Part shown: positions 40,276 to 50,064 of the stretch, one piece after another | Numbering within the stretch: the stretch's first letter is position 1 | Layout of the letters: every line of letters starts with the position of its first letter | Source of the DNA: a virus | Lineage: Duplodnaviria > Caudoviricetes | Reading direction: 5' to 3' (one strand) | IMG/VR virus record: IMGVR_UViG_3300007516_001784 | Span: 27,429 to 91,428 of that record | DNA length: 64,000 bases | Position numbers and translations under genes: made by a program | The notes under the pieces: generated by a model | The model's input: only the letters and a program-made list of their open reading frames with translations | Told to the model about the DNA's origin: nothing | Database searches by the model: none

Positions 40276-41360
40276 TCAAAGTTCTTCACTATCTGCGTCA
40301 CCTTGGGTTAGGTGGTACCGAAAAAACATGCCAACTCTTTTTCGAGCACGCTGACGTTAGCGAGTTTGAAGTGGCGATTGTTTACGATGTTAATGGTACG
40401 CATCCTCGCAAGGCCGAATTTGAGCATGCCGCCAAGATGTGTCGAGGCAAGCTTTTTGAAGTAGACACTCAGAAGCACACAGACGGTACTGGGTTACAAA
40501 GCGTCATTGACGATTTTAAACCCGACATCTTGCATGTCTATCGCAGTGGCTATCGGGAATTTCCTGTACCTGGATACCATATTGACGTGCCGCACTTTGT
40601 CGAGACGAATGTCTTTGGCTTTTATGACAGCAATGTTCGTATTGACAGTTCATTGTTTATGAGTAAGTGGCTCATGAAGAACACTATCAAGCAGATGGGC
40701 GTTCAGCCTGATCGTTTTGATTTTGTGAACAATCCTGTGGAAATGCCATGCACTAACGCTGAGCTAGGTGTCTCGCAACACTGGAAAGCGGAAGGTGCTA
40801 TTGTAGTAGGGCGTTGCGGTCGTCCAGACAATGGTATCTACAATTCCGTGAGTGTCGATGCGGTTCGATTGTTACGCATGCAGGGATACGACATACGCTT
40901 CTTAGTTGTGGCACCGCCATCGAACATGATTGATGATCTTGCACGTTACGACATTCCTTTTCATGTCATTGAACCAACCACCAGTCAATTAATTCTCAGT
41001 ACGTTCTATAATAGCGTAGACGTTTATACGCATGCTAGAGCGGACGGCGAAACTTTCGGCGTGAACATTGCCGAGGCCATGATTCATGGCAAGCCAGTGA
41101 TTACGCATATCGCTACCCCAAGCGTGCCGGACATGGGTGTATTCCAGTCACAGACGGAGCTTGTGGATACTGGCAAGACTGGATTCGTTGTCAACAACAC
41201 ACCGAGTGAATATGCGGAAGCCTTAAAGACCTTGATTGACGATGAATCTATGCGTCGCACTATGGGAGAATTCGGTAGACGCAAGGCAGAAGCAGAGTAT
41301 GAAGTTAGTGTATGTATGTATAAGCTTGAAAATATCTATAGGGCGATTGTCAATGGCTAG
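40272..41360 (+). CDS. GT4-like glycosyltransferase
   Basis: GLGGTE, GRCGR, DVYTHARADGETFGVNIAEAMIHGKPVI, TGFVV. Confidence 0.9.
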   Translation: MIKVLHYLRHLGLGGTEKTCQLFFEHADVSEFEVAIVYDVNGTHPRKAEFEHAAKMCRGKLFEVDTQKHTDGTGLQSVIDDFKPDILHVYRSGYREFPVPGYHIDVPHFVETNVFGFYDSNVRIDSSLFMSKWLMKNTIKQMGVQPDRFDFVNNPVEMPCTNAELGVSQHWKAEGAIVVGRCGRPDNGIYNSVSVDAVRLLRMQGYDIRFLVVAPPSNMIDDLARYDIPFHVIEPTTSQLILSTFYNSVDVYTHARADGETFGVNIAEAMIHGKPVITHIATPSVPDMGVFQSQTELVDTGKTGFVVNNTPSEYAEALKTLIDDESMRRTMGEFGRRKAEAEYEVSVCMYKLENIYRAIVNG

Positions 41361-41407
41361 CGAGTTAATTGGTTACAAGATTTGTAGAAAGTTAAGAGAT
41401 CAAGGAC

Positions 41408-42562
41408 ATGTCTAAAATTCGCGTTTGTCATCACAGTAAGACAGTAGGCTTTAGCGGGACCGACCGTACAGCCCAATTGTTTTGCAAGTACCTCGCTAAA
41501 AGCGACAGGTACGAGCCGTTTATCGTCTATCGCGAAGGTGATCTGGCGAACAATCGTTTAGAGATCGTGAAGTCGTGGCTTGGCGATGACCACGTAATTC
41601 CGTACCAATGGACCCCTGGAAAGAAGGGGCGGCAAGCTCCCTACCTGCCAGAGTCGGACAACCTCTACGACGTTTTAAAGCAGATCGACCCACAGATTAT
41701 GCACGTCCATCGCAGCGGCTACACGGAATGGCCCGCCTTTCGCTACATGGCACCCAAGGCTAAGTGGATAGAGACTAACATCTTCGGTTTTAAAGATAAC
41801 GCACCTGAGCCGCAGATCGACGTTAACGTCTATATCTCCCAGTACATTCGCAGCACCGCCTTACGTGCCGGTAGCGTTGATGGTCCGGTATTATACAACC
41901 CGATTGAAGTGCCGGTACTCGACGTTACGACAGAGAACAAGGAAGTATGTCGCGAACATCTTCTTTCAACTTTCAAGCTACCTCATAATGCAGTTATACT
42001 TGGACGTGTAGGTCGAGCAGACAACTTTGATCCTATCTCTCTAAGAGCGTTTAAGGCTATTGAAGATGTCTATTCGAACGCCTACTACATTGTTGTAAAT
42101 CCTTGTCAGGTTTGGCACGATACGGTGCGTCAGCTAGGCATTAAGAACGTTTGCTTTTCAAGCCCTATCGTCAAAGACGATGAACTGTCAAAATTCTATA
42201 TGGGACTTGACATTTACGCTCACGCTCGTCATGATGGAGAGTGCTGTCCGTGCAACATCCAGGAAGCCATGATGCATGGTCTGCCGGTGGTGTCACACGA
42301 GAGCATGATCTATAACGGTCAGTCTGAGATCCTTGCTGAAAGTGGCTTTGTTGTTCCTGTTGGCAATCACGAAGCTTATCGTGACATACTAATGCAGCTT
42401 ATTGCCAATCCTGAACTCGCGACGGAAGACGAGAAGTCTACTATTCGTCTACGACAGCACTTCGGTCGCGAAGCCCGTCGTCGTGCTATGCGACACTTTG
42501 AAGCAAGTACCGTGACAGGACAGTTGATGCAAATCTACGATTGGACATTGGCAAACAAATGA
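41408..42562 (+). CDS. GT4-like glycosyltransferase (paralog of 40272..41360)
   Basis: SGTDRTAQLF, HVHRSGY.E.P, ETNIFG, DIYAHARHDGE..NIQEAMMHGLPVV. Confidence 0.88.
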   Translation: MSKIRVCHHSKTVGFSGTDRTAQLFCKYLAKSDRYEPFIVYREGDLANNRLEIVKSWLGDDHVIPYQWTPGKKGRQAPYLPESDNLYDVLKQIDPQIMHVHRSGYTEWPAFRYMAPKAKWIETNIFGFKDNAPEPQIDVNVYISQYIRSTALRAGSVDGPVLYNPIEVPVLDVTTENKEVCREHLLSTFKLPHNAVILGRVGRADNFDPISLRAFKAIEDVYSNAYYIVVNPCQVWHDTVRQLGIKNVCFSSPIVKDDELSKFYMGLDIYAHARHDGECCPCNIQEAMMHGLPVVSHESMIYNGQSEILAESGFVVPVGNHEAYRDILMQLIANPELATEDEKSTIRLRQHFGREARRRAMRHFEASTVTGQLMQIYDWTLANK

Positions 42563-42804
42563 ATATTATCAAAATTATAGATGGCTGGGATAAAAAACTC
42601 AACTTAGCTTTAAAAACAGGAAGAGGTAAGTTTGGCGGCCATACTCCAATAGGTGATATATTTGATTACAAGAAAATCATTGAAGCTATTCGTAATGGTC
42701 AATTATGTAAGGCATTCGACTTGGCAAATGATTTAGACACTATGGCACGCGACGAGATTCCTATGACGGTTTGGCATATACTTGAAAAAGAGTATTACAA
42801 ATGA
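42559..42804 (+). CDS. Small hypothetical protein
   Basis: ATGA overlaps at both ends; locally AT-rich. Confidence 0.55.
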   Translation: MNIIKIIDGWDKKLNLALKTGRGKFGGHTPIGDIFDYKKIIEAIRNGQLCKAFDLANDLDTMARDEIPMTVWHILEKEYYK

Positions 42805-43469
42805 AAATCATATCATTCTGTCTTTGGGGGAATAATCCAAAATATCTTGTTGGTGCAATGAAAAATATTGAACTCGCACGTACACTATTTCCAGACTGGA
42901 CCTGTCGTTTTTATGTTGGTCAGTCAGTACCGAGCGACATTATTAAGCAATTGCTTGTCCCTAGAGATAATGTTGAGGTTGTTTGCGTGGATGAGCCGGG
43001 TGATTGGCGTATGATGTTGTATCGCTTTAGCCCTATCGGTGAAAATGATGTAGAAGTCATGATGAGTCGTGATTGCGACTCTCGTCTTTCTTTGCGAGAA
43101 AAGCTTGCAGTTAACGAGTGGTTGGCTAGTGACAAATCATTTCATACTATGCACTGTCACTTTCATCATTCGGTGCCGATACTTGGTGGAATGTTTGGCA
43201 TTAAAAAAGGACTGTTTTCTGAGTTGTCTCGACACGCTATTGAATGGGCTCAGGCTCGTGAATCTCGATGGCAGATTGATCAAGATTTTCTAAAGGAAAT
43301 TGTCTGGCCTATTGTTAAGCACGACACTTTGAATCATGCTGACTTTCATACTAATATTTGGCCGGGTGTTCCATTTCCTACTCCAATGACGCCTGGACAT
43401 TTTATTGGTGCCACATATGATGAGAACGATAATATTGACCCGGCACAACTGAAAGCTTTGCATGGCTAG
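42801..43469 (+). CDS. Putative GT-A fold glycosyltransferase
   Basis: KIISFCLWGNNPKY..GA..N, SRDCDSR (DxD), ILGGMFG, DQDFL; located in the glycan cluster. Confidence 0.65.
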   Translation: MKIISFCLWGNNPKYLVGAMKNIELARTLFPDWTCRFYVGQSVPSDIIKQLLVPRDNVEVVCVDEPGDWRMMLYRFSPIGENDVEVMMSRDCDSRLSLREKLAVNEWLASDKSFHTMHCHFHHSVPILGGMFGIKKGLFSELSRHAIEWAQARESRWQIDQDFLKEIVWPIVKHDTLNHADFHTNIWPGVPFPTPMTPGHFIGATYDENDNIDPAQLKALHG

Positions 43470-43569
43470 AAAGGCGTGCAATCCTCATGTCGTCTTGACG
43501 ACAGAGAACGAATCGAGATAGTAGTTCACTAGTTTTGTTTAATTTGTCAGAAAGAAAAAGAAGGTTAAG

Positions 43570-44016
43570 ATGATCAAATTTATTGTTGCTGCGTTTTTGG
43601 CTATGTTTACTAGCAATCCTTATTGCGGTACTTCGCCGTCTAGTTTCTATCCACTGCCTTCATTTGTTTGTCCGGGCGGACAACCCATTGATGAGGAGTG
43701 TTTGATTGCCTGTGCTGAGTTGTGGCGGACACAAATGTATTTAGCTTATGAAAGAGCCTGTGCCGAACATCAGGCACGACAAGATGCGTTTGAGGAGTGG
43801 AACAAGGCTATTATGGCCGGTAATGATGCGTGCATGTCTATTGCTACAACTCCCGAGGAAGAATTGGCATGTAATCGCCAGATGCACGATAATTTGTCTT
43901 TGAATACTGAAATCTTTTGGCTTGCACTTGAACAGATTGAAATAGATTTGGCTGCTGATGTTCAAGCTGCTTTTAATACATTCAGTAACTGTGCGTTGGA
44001 ATGCTGTGATCAATGA
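43570..44016 (+). CDS. Cys-rich protein with a signal-peptide-like N-terminus
   Basis: MIKFIVAAFLAMF; 10 Cys; acidic; RBS AGAAGG. Confidence 0.65.
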   Translation: MIKFIVAAFLAMFTSNPYCGTSPSSFYPLPSFVCPGGQPIDEECLIACAELWRTQMYLAYERACAEHQARQDAFEEWNKAIMAGNDACMSIATTPEEELACNRQMHDNLSLNTEIFWLALEQIEIDLAADVQAAFNTFSNCALECCDQ

Positions 44017-45128
44017 TCCGTAAGGGTTATTCATTTGACGACGTTCTGCTTGTGCCTCGGTACAATGACATTCCGTCGCGACGCGACGTGGATACGTCTA
44101 TGAAGTTCGGTGGTCTTGAACTCAAGATCCCCGTCCTGTCGTCCAACATGGATACTGTCACTGGCCACATGATGGCCAACAAGATGTTTGAATTGGGTGG
44201 ACTCGGTGTTTTGCACCGCTTCTGTACAATCCAAGAGAATATTGACATGTACCGCAATGCCGCCTTTAAGCACGACATTGGTATGATTACGCCGTTTATG
44301 CCAAACGGCTATCCCAACCCTTGGTGGTTCAAGATCAAGGAAGCCGTTATCTCACTTGGTGTCAATGAGAACCTAGATCGCTTCGATGCCCTCTATGATG
44401 CGGGTGCTCGCTACTTCTGCGTTGACGTAGCACATGGTCACACAAAAGCTATTGGTAAGTTCATAAAGCTTTTGAAGCAGTCCAAGGACGTATTTGTTAT
44501 CGGCGGCAACGTTGCTACGCACGCTGCCGCCGACTATCTCGCTTCGTGTGGTGCTGACGCAATCAAGGTTGGAATTGGTCCGGGCTCTGTATGTACTACC
44601 CGCCTCAAGACGGGCTGCGGGGTACCGCAACTCACAGCCATTATGGATTGTGCAAAAGTAGACCGTCTGATTATTGCTGATGGTGGCATCAAAACTCCTG
44701 GCGATGCCGTCAAGGCTTTGGCTGCTGGTGCTCACGTCGTTATGCTTGGTGGCATGCTCGCCGGGTGCGATGAGACGCCCGGCGATGTTATTTGTGGATT
44801 AGAATTACGCACATCGCCAGGAAAAGATAGTGGTGTGTGTCCACCTATGGACACATATAAGACATATCGTGGTATGGCTTCAAGGGAAGCACAAGAAAAC
44901 TTCATGGGTGCCATGGCCGACTGGAAGGCCGCCGAGGGCGTTCAAATTGAAGTCAGATGTAAGGGGCCTGTCGCCAACGTAATCAATGATTTGGTTGGTG
45001 GCATTCGTTCTGGTATGACGTACTGTGGTGCCAAGGATGTCGCAGCATTGCAACGTAACGCCGAGTTCATTGAGGTCACAGCAAACGGAGTTCGCGAGAA
45101 CTCAGCACATGGAGAAGGAAGACTGTAA
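44013..45128 (+). CDS. IMP dehydrogenase/GMP reductase family protein (no CBS domains)
   Basis: [49 protein letters not shown]; guaB versus guaC not resolved. Confidence 0.92.
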   Translation: MIRKGYSFDDVLLVPRYNDIPSRRDVDTSMKFGGLELKIPVLSSNMDTVTGHMMANKMFELGGLGVLHRFCTIQENIDMYRNAAFKHDIGMITPFMPNGYPNPWWFKIKEAVISLGVNENLDRFDALYDAGARYFCVDVAHGHTKAIGKFIKLLKQSKDVFVIGGNVATHAAADYLASCGADAIKVGIGPGSVCTTRLKTGCGVPQLTAIMDCAKVDRLIIADGGIKTPGDAVKALAAGAHVVMLGGMLAGCDETPGDVICGLELRTSPGKDSGVCPPMDTYKTYRGMASREAQENFMGAMADWKAAEGVQIEVRCKGPVANVINDLVGGIRSGMTYCGAKDVAALQRNAEFIEVTANGVRENSAHGEGRL

Positions 45129-45458
45129 ATGTCAATAACTTTAACAGAGAGTGCTATTAAAGAATTAGATCGTATTATGTTAGAACAGAATCTTTCAAAA
45201 AATACATGCCTTCGTTTAGGAGTGCGGGGAGGCGGCTGTTCGGGCTTTAGCTATATTTTAGAATTCGATGACACTGTGAATGAAGTAGATCAAGTTAATG
45301 AATATGGCGGCATTACAGTTGTTTGTGATCCAAAGAGTTTTTTGTATCTTAGTGGTATGAGTGTTAACTTTGAGAACACTTTAATGAATCGTGGTTTTAA
45401 GTTCATCAATCCTAACGCAGTTAAAAGCTGTGGATGCGGCGAGTCGTTTTCGGCATGA
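45129..45458 (+). CDS. iscA: HesB/IscA A-type Fe-S cluster carrier
   Basis: LRLGVRGGGCSGFSY, FINPNA..SCGCGESF. Confidence 0.92.
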   Translation: MSITLTESAIKELDRIMLEQNLSKNTCLRLGVRGGGCSGFSYILEFDDTVNEVDQVNEYGGITVVCDPKSFLYLSGMSVNFENTLMNRGFKFINPNAVKSCGCGESFSA

Positions 45459-45460
45459 CA

Positions 45461-46327
45461 ATGCGTATTCTAGTTTCATACAGAGGAATTCCTCAGTCTC
45501 GTGGCTGGGCGACTGGAGATTGCGTCGTTCGTGCTTTTCAAGAACTTGGGCACGAAGCTGTTCCATATGGTAACTACTATCAGACACAAGAGAGATTAGA
45601 GGGCTCACGGAAGGTCTTAGAAGAAGACTGGGACTTATTATTATTTCTTGAATGCGGCGATGGCGATCCTGTCTATACAGAGCTAATGAATGTACGGTCA
45701 CGCAAGCGAGCTAGCTGGTTTTTTGATGCCGCACTCTATCCTGATCGTTGGCGAGCAATCAATAACATGTTTGGCTTTGATGTTAACTTTATGGCCAACG
45801 CCAATATGATCTACGATGGAATGTACTTGCCATACGCCGCCGATGAGAAGTTGCATTTTAGATCTTATCAAGAAAAGGTTCGTGACTTTCTAATTATAGG
45901 TTCTGATAGACCAGAACGTCGCCACCTTTACAATCTAATTAGACAATATTGTCCGGCAGCAAGAACAGATTTTTTGCATGGCGTGTTTAGAGAGCAGTAC
46001 ATTGATGAGATAGCTAGATCTCATTATGTTGTAAATGATGTTGCTGGTGGAGGGGATGGTTTATTACCCATGAGATGCACCGAAACCATGGCGGCGTGTA
46101 GTGTGCTCCTCAGTGTACAAGATTCGGCCCTGCATACCATTGGCAATGATCTTGAGCACTTTATTTCATTTCAAGACGAAAACGATCTCGTTGGCAATGT
46201 TACAAAAATGTTTTCTGTGGGAGAAATTCTTTCCAAGAGAATTGCCACTCAGGGCCAAGAGCATTGCTTGAAGAACCACACCTACAGGAATAGATGTTCA
46301 ACCATTTTGACTAGGATGTTCCCGTAA
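45461..46327 (+). CDS. CgeB-like (GT-B) glycosyltransferase
   Basis: YLPYAAD, PMRCTETMAAC, C-terminal GQEH.LKNHTYRNR. Confidence 0.75.
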   Translation: MRILVSYRGIPQSRGWATGDCVVRAFQELGHEAVPYGNYYQTQERLEGSRKVLEEDWDLLLFLECGDGDPVYTELMNVRSRKRASWFFDAALYPDRWRAINNMFGFDVNFMANANMIYDGMYLPYAADEKLHFRSYQEKVRDFLIIGSDRPERRHLYNLIRQYCPAARTDFLHGVFREQYIDEIARSHYVVNDVAGGGDGLLPMRCTETMAACSVLLSVQDSALHTIGNDLEHFISFQDENDLVGNVTKMFSVGEILSKRIATQGQEHCLKNHTYRNRCSTILTRMFP

Positions 46328-46335
46328 TTATTCCA

Positions 46336-46416
46336 GATAGTGCTGGACAAGATGTTGTTTTAAGTAATCATATATATAGGCACCGTTGTTCGACGATCTT
46401 AAAAAGTTGTTTCCAC
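46336..46416 (+). pseudogene. Relic 3' end of a homologous CgeB-like glycosyltransferase
   Basis: Translates GQDVVLSNHIYRHRCSTILK, matching the preceding gene's end GQEHCLKNHTYRNRCSTILT. Confidence 0.7.
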
Positions 46417-47091
46417 ATGAAAGAGTCTGACAAGATTAGTATTTTGGTTTGCTGTCACAGCAACGACCACGAGCACGACATGCTTTTGCAAGCTGCTCTT
46501 GAGTCTTTAACTCGACAGACGTATCAAAATTTTGAAACTGTTTTAGTGCTTGATGAGTGTCGTGAAGGCACGAAATGGATAGCTGAACCCTATAGGGATA
46601 TTTTAAGTCTTAAGATCCATGAGCGTCCCCATAAGCAAGGCTTGGCAATGGCCAAGAACTTTGGTCTAGCTCGCTGTACGGGTCAATGGGTTGCCTACCT
46701 TGATGCTGACGACCAGTGGATGGATTGTAAGCTTGAACTGCAACGCAACTTCCTTTTAGAGAACGAGAATACGGATTTTGTATTTTGTGAAGTATGGGAT
46801 AATTATGCTGGTACGCTAACTCCTAACTGTTTCAAGATTGGGCAATACGAAACCCACGCGGCAATTGCTACTGCGATGCCGCGTGAGAATGTTGTATGTC
46901 ACGGCTCAGCGTTAATTCGCAAGTTAGCTATTGATTCTCTGGGTGGTTATAGTGCCGACCGTTCACTATTGGGTCGCGAAGACTGGGATTTGTGGCAAAG
47001 AGCTATCGCTAATGGATTTCATTTCTATAAAATACCAGAAAGATTGTATATTTATGGCATGGGAACTAGCGTTGTTCGTGGCGAAATATGA
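46417..47091 (+). CDS. GT2 glycosyltransferase
   Basis: KISILV, ALESL..QTYQNFE, GLAMAKNFGL, VAYLDADD, EDWDLW. Confidence 0.92.
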   Translation: MKESDKISILVCCHSNDHEHDMLLQAALESLTRQTYQNFETVLVLDECREGTKWIAEPYRDILSLKIHERPHKQGLAMAKNFGLARCTGQWVAYLDADDQWMDCKLELQRNFLLENENTDFVFCEVWDNYAGTLTPNCFKIGQYETHAAIATAMPRENVVCHGSALIRKLAIDSLGGYSADRSLLGREDWDLWQRAIANGFHFYKIPERLYIYGMGTSVVRGEI

Positions 47092-48056
47092 TGAAAAAAG
47101 TCTTGTATGTAGGTTTGTTGCATAACTATGGTAAGCCCGAAGAGGGCTTCTCATACGAGCATATGAATATTGAAGCTGGCCTTCGTGACTGTGATATGTT
47201 TGAAGTGACGTATTGGTATCCTGATTCGTACGTCTATCAAGATTCTGCCGAAGAAGTTTTCACGAGCCAGAAGTTCGACGCCATCTTTCATGTCGCCTTT
47301 AACGAATCACTAGATCTGCCTGAGGGGGTAGCAAAGCTAGCCCTCAGGCAGGATATTCCAGTCATACAATGGGATTGCGATAGCTCTTGGCGTTTCCAGA
47401 ACTGGATCTTCCCGCGTCGTGACCGCGTTAGTCACTTTGTCACGACACATTCAGCCATGGTGCCGCAGTACGAGAAGAATGGCTTGAAAGTTATTAAGTC
47501 ACAGTGGGCTGGTTCCCCGGCGTATAAGGCGAATTCGGGGGTGTATATGTACGACGCTACGTTTGTTGGCCAGAAGCATGGTCAGATGCCGAATGGCAAA
47601 TTTCTACGCTCAGAGATCGTGGATGCCATTATGAATGCTGGTATCCGCGTTGACATCTTTGGTAATTACTGGGATGGTTATGCCAACTGGCATGGCTACG
47701 CGAAGGACTTTGAAGAAGTGATTCGCGTATTCAATCAGTCGCGTGTCAATTTGAATCTGTCGAATCCATGGCATCATGGAACGATGCCACAGATTAAGGG
47801 CAGGCACTTCGAAATTCCTCAGTGTCAAGGGTTTCAGATTAGTACGCCAGCAGACGATCTTGAATCTTACTTTGTACCAGACAAGGAAATAGTCATTGCC
47901 AAAAACGTTCAAGAGTTGATTGAGAAGACACAATACTATCTTGCCAATCCAGAGGAGCGAGAGGTAATTGCTCAAGCGGGTCGTGACCGTATGCTTCGTG
48001 ACCATCAATGGTACCATCGTTTCGAGTACATCTTTAAGGAAGTGGGATTGCTATGA
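47088..48056 (+). CDS. CgeB-like glycosyltransferase
   Basis: YDATFVG, SRVNLN, IKGRHFEIP, YYLANPEERE.IA.AG. Confidence 0.85.
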   Translation: MMKKVLYVGLLHNYGKPEEGFSYEHMNIEAGLRDCDMFEVTYWYPDSYVYQDSAEEVFTSQKFDAIFHVAFNESLDLPEGVAKLALRQDIPVIQWDCDSSWRFQNWIFPRRDRVSHFVTTHSAMVPQYEKNGLKVIKSQWAGSPAYKANSGVYMYDATFVGQKHGQMPNGKFLRSEIVDAIMNAGIRVDIFGNYWDGYANWHGYAKDFEEVIRVFNQSRVNLNLSNPWHHGTMPQIKGRHFEIPQCQGFQISTPADDLESYFVPDKEIVIAKNVQELIEKTQYYLANPEEREVIAQAGRDRMLRDHQWYHRFEYIFKEVGLL

Positions 48057-48586
48057 GATTGAATCTAGCATCACACGGCGACAACCGCGAAGGCTACGTC
48101 AACATTGATTACGATCATCCCTCGGCAGACCTCAAGGCCGATGTTTCGGCACTGCCGTACGAGGAAGATTCGGTAGATCAGATCCTGGCTTACCACATTC
48201 TCGAACACTTTCGAGCCGGTGAGTACGAGCCACAACTATCGAATCCGCTCAATCCCAAGACAGCAATGGCTGCTCTTGCTGAGTGGCGTCGAGTCCTGAA
48301 ACCGGGCGGCACACTAGAGATCAAGGTGCCGGACTTCGAGAAGATCGTTTGGCTTTACTTCAACTTCCCTCAATGGGCCAGAGCAGAATCCAGCGTCAAC
48401 GCTCCATTTGGTAGCTACTCGGATTGGGTTGTATCTAACGGGCAGCACCAGTGCCTCTTCGACAAGAAGGCCATGCACAAGCTTCTGACGTTGTGTGGCT
48501 TCAAGGACATTACCTTTCTAGATGGTCCACCGGCAGCGGTGATTGATCGAGCAAACCTTGAAATGTATGTAGTGTGTAGCAAATGA
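48053..48586 (+). CDS. Class I SAM methyltransferase (type 11-like)
   Basis: RLNL, GYVNID, LPY..DSVD.I...HILEH, EWRRVLKPGG.L...VPD. Confidence 0.8.
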   Translation: MRLNLASHGDNREGYVNIDYDHPSADLKADVSALPYEEDSVDQILAYHILEHFRAGEYEPQLSNPLNPKTAMAALAEWRRVLKPGGTLEIKVPDFEKIVWLYFNFPQWARAESSVNAPFGSYSDWVVSNGQHQCLFDKKAMHKLLTLCGFKDITFLDGPPAAVIDRANLEMYVVCSK

Positions 48587-49218
48587 ATTACGAAACTCGC
48601 AAGGATAATCACGACTTCATGGGGCCGGACCATATTGCCCGGTTCTTACGTAACCACAGGACGGGCACGGACAACCTGGGTCGTCATCGCCTAGCAGCTA
48701 TCGTTCGCGAACACGCGAAGCCAATGGTGCTTGACGTAGCCTGCGGGACCTGCGTTACGTGGGAGGTCATGAAGGCTGTTGGCGTTGACTGCCAATACTG
48801 GGGCTTTGATCGCACCGAAAAGATGCTCGCCCACGCCAGAGCCCTGTATGGCGATGAGATCTGCCTCCGCAAAGGCTTCATCCAATCTCTTCCTTTTGAA
48901 GCTGATTCTTTTGACATCGTTATTGCTCGCCACATTCTCGAACACTTAGGCGAAGGTTATGAACAAGCAATCAAGGAAGTCTATCGCGTTGCGTCGAAAG
49001 AGGCGATCGTTATTCTTTTCGAGGACTTGGCCGACATGCCGCACGATGTCATCAAGGAGTCAGAGCCAGACGAGAATGATTGTACCTACTTCTGGAACAC
49101 ATATGCTCATGATAAGTTCATGACCTTCCTTGGTACACTGGGATGCCAAGTCAAGGTGGAGTACGTTCGTACGCCAGGTGCTGCCGCAAATGACACTATT
49201 ATTAGATTAATCAAATGA
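48583..49218 (+). CDS. Class I SAM methyltransferase
   Basis: VLDVACGT, LPFEADSFDIV..RHILEH. Confidence 0.88.
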   Translation: MNYETRKDNHDFMGPDHIARFLRNHRTGTDNLGRHRLAAIVREHAKPMVLDVACGTCVTWEVMKAVGVDCQYWGFDRTEKMLAHARALYGDEICLRKGFIQSLPFEADSFDIVIARHILEHLGEGYEQAIKEVYRVASKEAIVILFEDLADMPHDVIKESEPDENDCTYFWNTYAHDKFMTFLGTLGCQVKVEYVRTPGAAANDTIIRLIK

Positions 49219-50063
49219 GTATTGACGTAACATACGGCGTTCTTAATTTCAATCCTAGTGGCGACGAATCTGCTACCAGGGCGTACATCGCTGCCGTCGA
49301 ATCACTTGCCACGAACAGAAGCAAGAACCTGACTAGTGAAGTCTATCTGTTCGATCAGGCTAGTCAGCCCGATCTCACAGAGGCGTTAGCTCGTAAGCAC
49401 GGCTTCCATGCTGTTCTATTGCGTAGCAACGTGGGGATCAGTCGTGGTATTAACCTACTTGCCAATATAGCTCGTGGCGAATTTGTGTCTCTTGTGACCT
49501 CTGACGTGACGTTTACGCCTGGACTAGATGACGCTTTGGTATCGACACTTCGTGCCGATCCCAAAATTTATCAGATCTGTCCAACGTCAGACAACTCATC
49601 GCTAGATCATCAACGAATGCAACAAGCTCGTCCAGACGGCATTCTTGTTGAAAACCTTGTACAAGAATTGACTATCCAGTTTTGGCCACGTACTGTTTTC
49701 GACAAGATCGGATACTTTGACGAACGCTGGAAAGCATGCTATGAGAATATAGACTTTGCTCTACGTGCGTTTCTGGAAGGTGGCTCTGTAGTTGTTGATC
49801 AGCGTGTCTTTTGTCATCACGAACATAATGGCACCACTAAGAGCGGTGCTATTCACAAGGCGTATGACGGCTATATGTCAATGCCCAATGGTCTTGATCA
49901 TCAGCCGCTCTTGCAGATGTGGCGTGACAAGTGGCCCAACCTTGAAAGATACATGAATCACTATGACACATTCACTAAGGATATGGGCCAAACGCGGGCG
50001 GCAATGTTTTTTGCGTATAGCAAGAACGTGTATCTGCCGTATGTACAAGAGGTCCCTTATTAA
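49215..50063 (+). CDS. GT2-like glycosyltransferase
   Basis: NVGISRGIN, ARGEFV, FDKIGYFDE...YEN.DF.LR. Confidence 0.8.
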   Translation: MSIDVTYGVLNFNPSGDESATRAYIAAVESLATNRSKNLTSEVYLFDQASQPDLTEALARKHGFHAVLLRSNVGISRGINLLANIARGEFVSLVTSDVTFTPGLDDALVSTLRADPKIYQICPTSDNSSLDHQRMQQARPDGILVENLVQELTIQFWPRTVFDKIGYFDERWKACYENIDFALRAFLEGGSVVVDQRVFCHHEHNGTTKSGAIHKAYDGYMSMPNGLDHQPLLQMWRDKWPNLERYMNHYDTFTKDMGQTRAAMFFAYSKNVYLPYVQEVPY

Positions 50064-50064
50064 C

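Noticed and set aside
43462-43521. Mini ORF MARKACNPHVVLTTENESR
   Set aside because: Too short, with no recognisable similarity; cannot be supported
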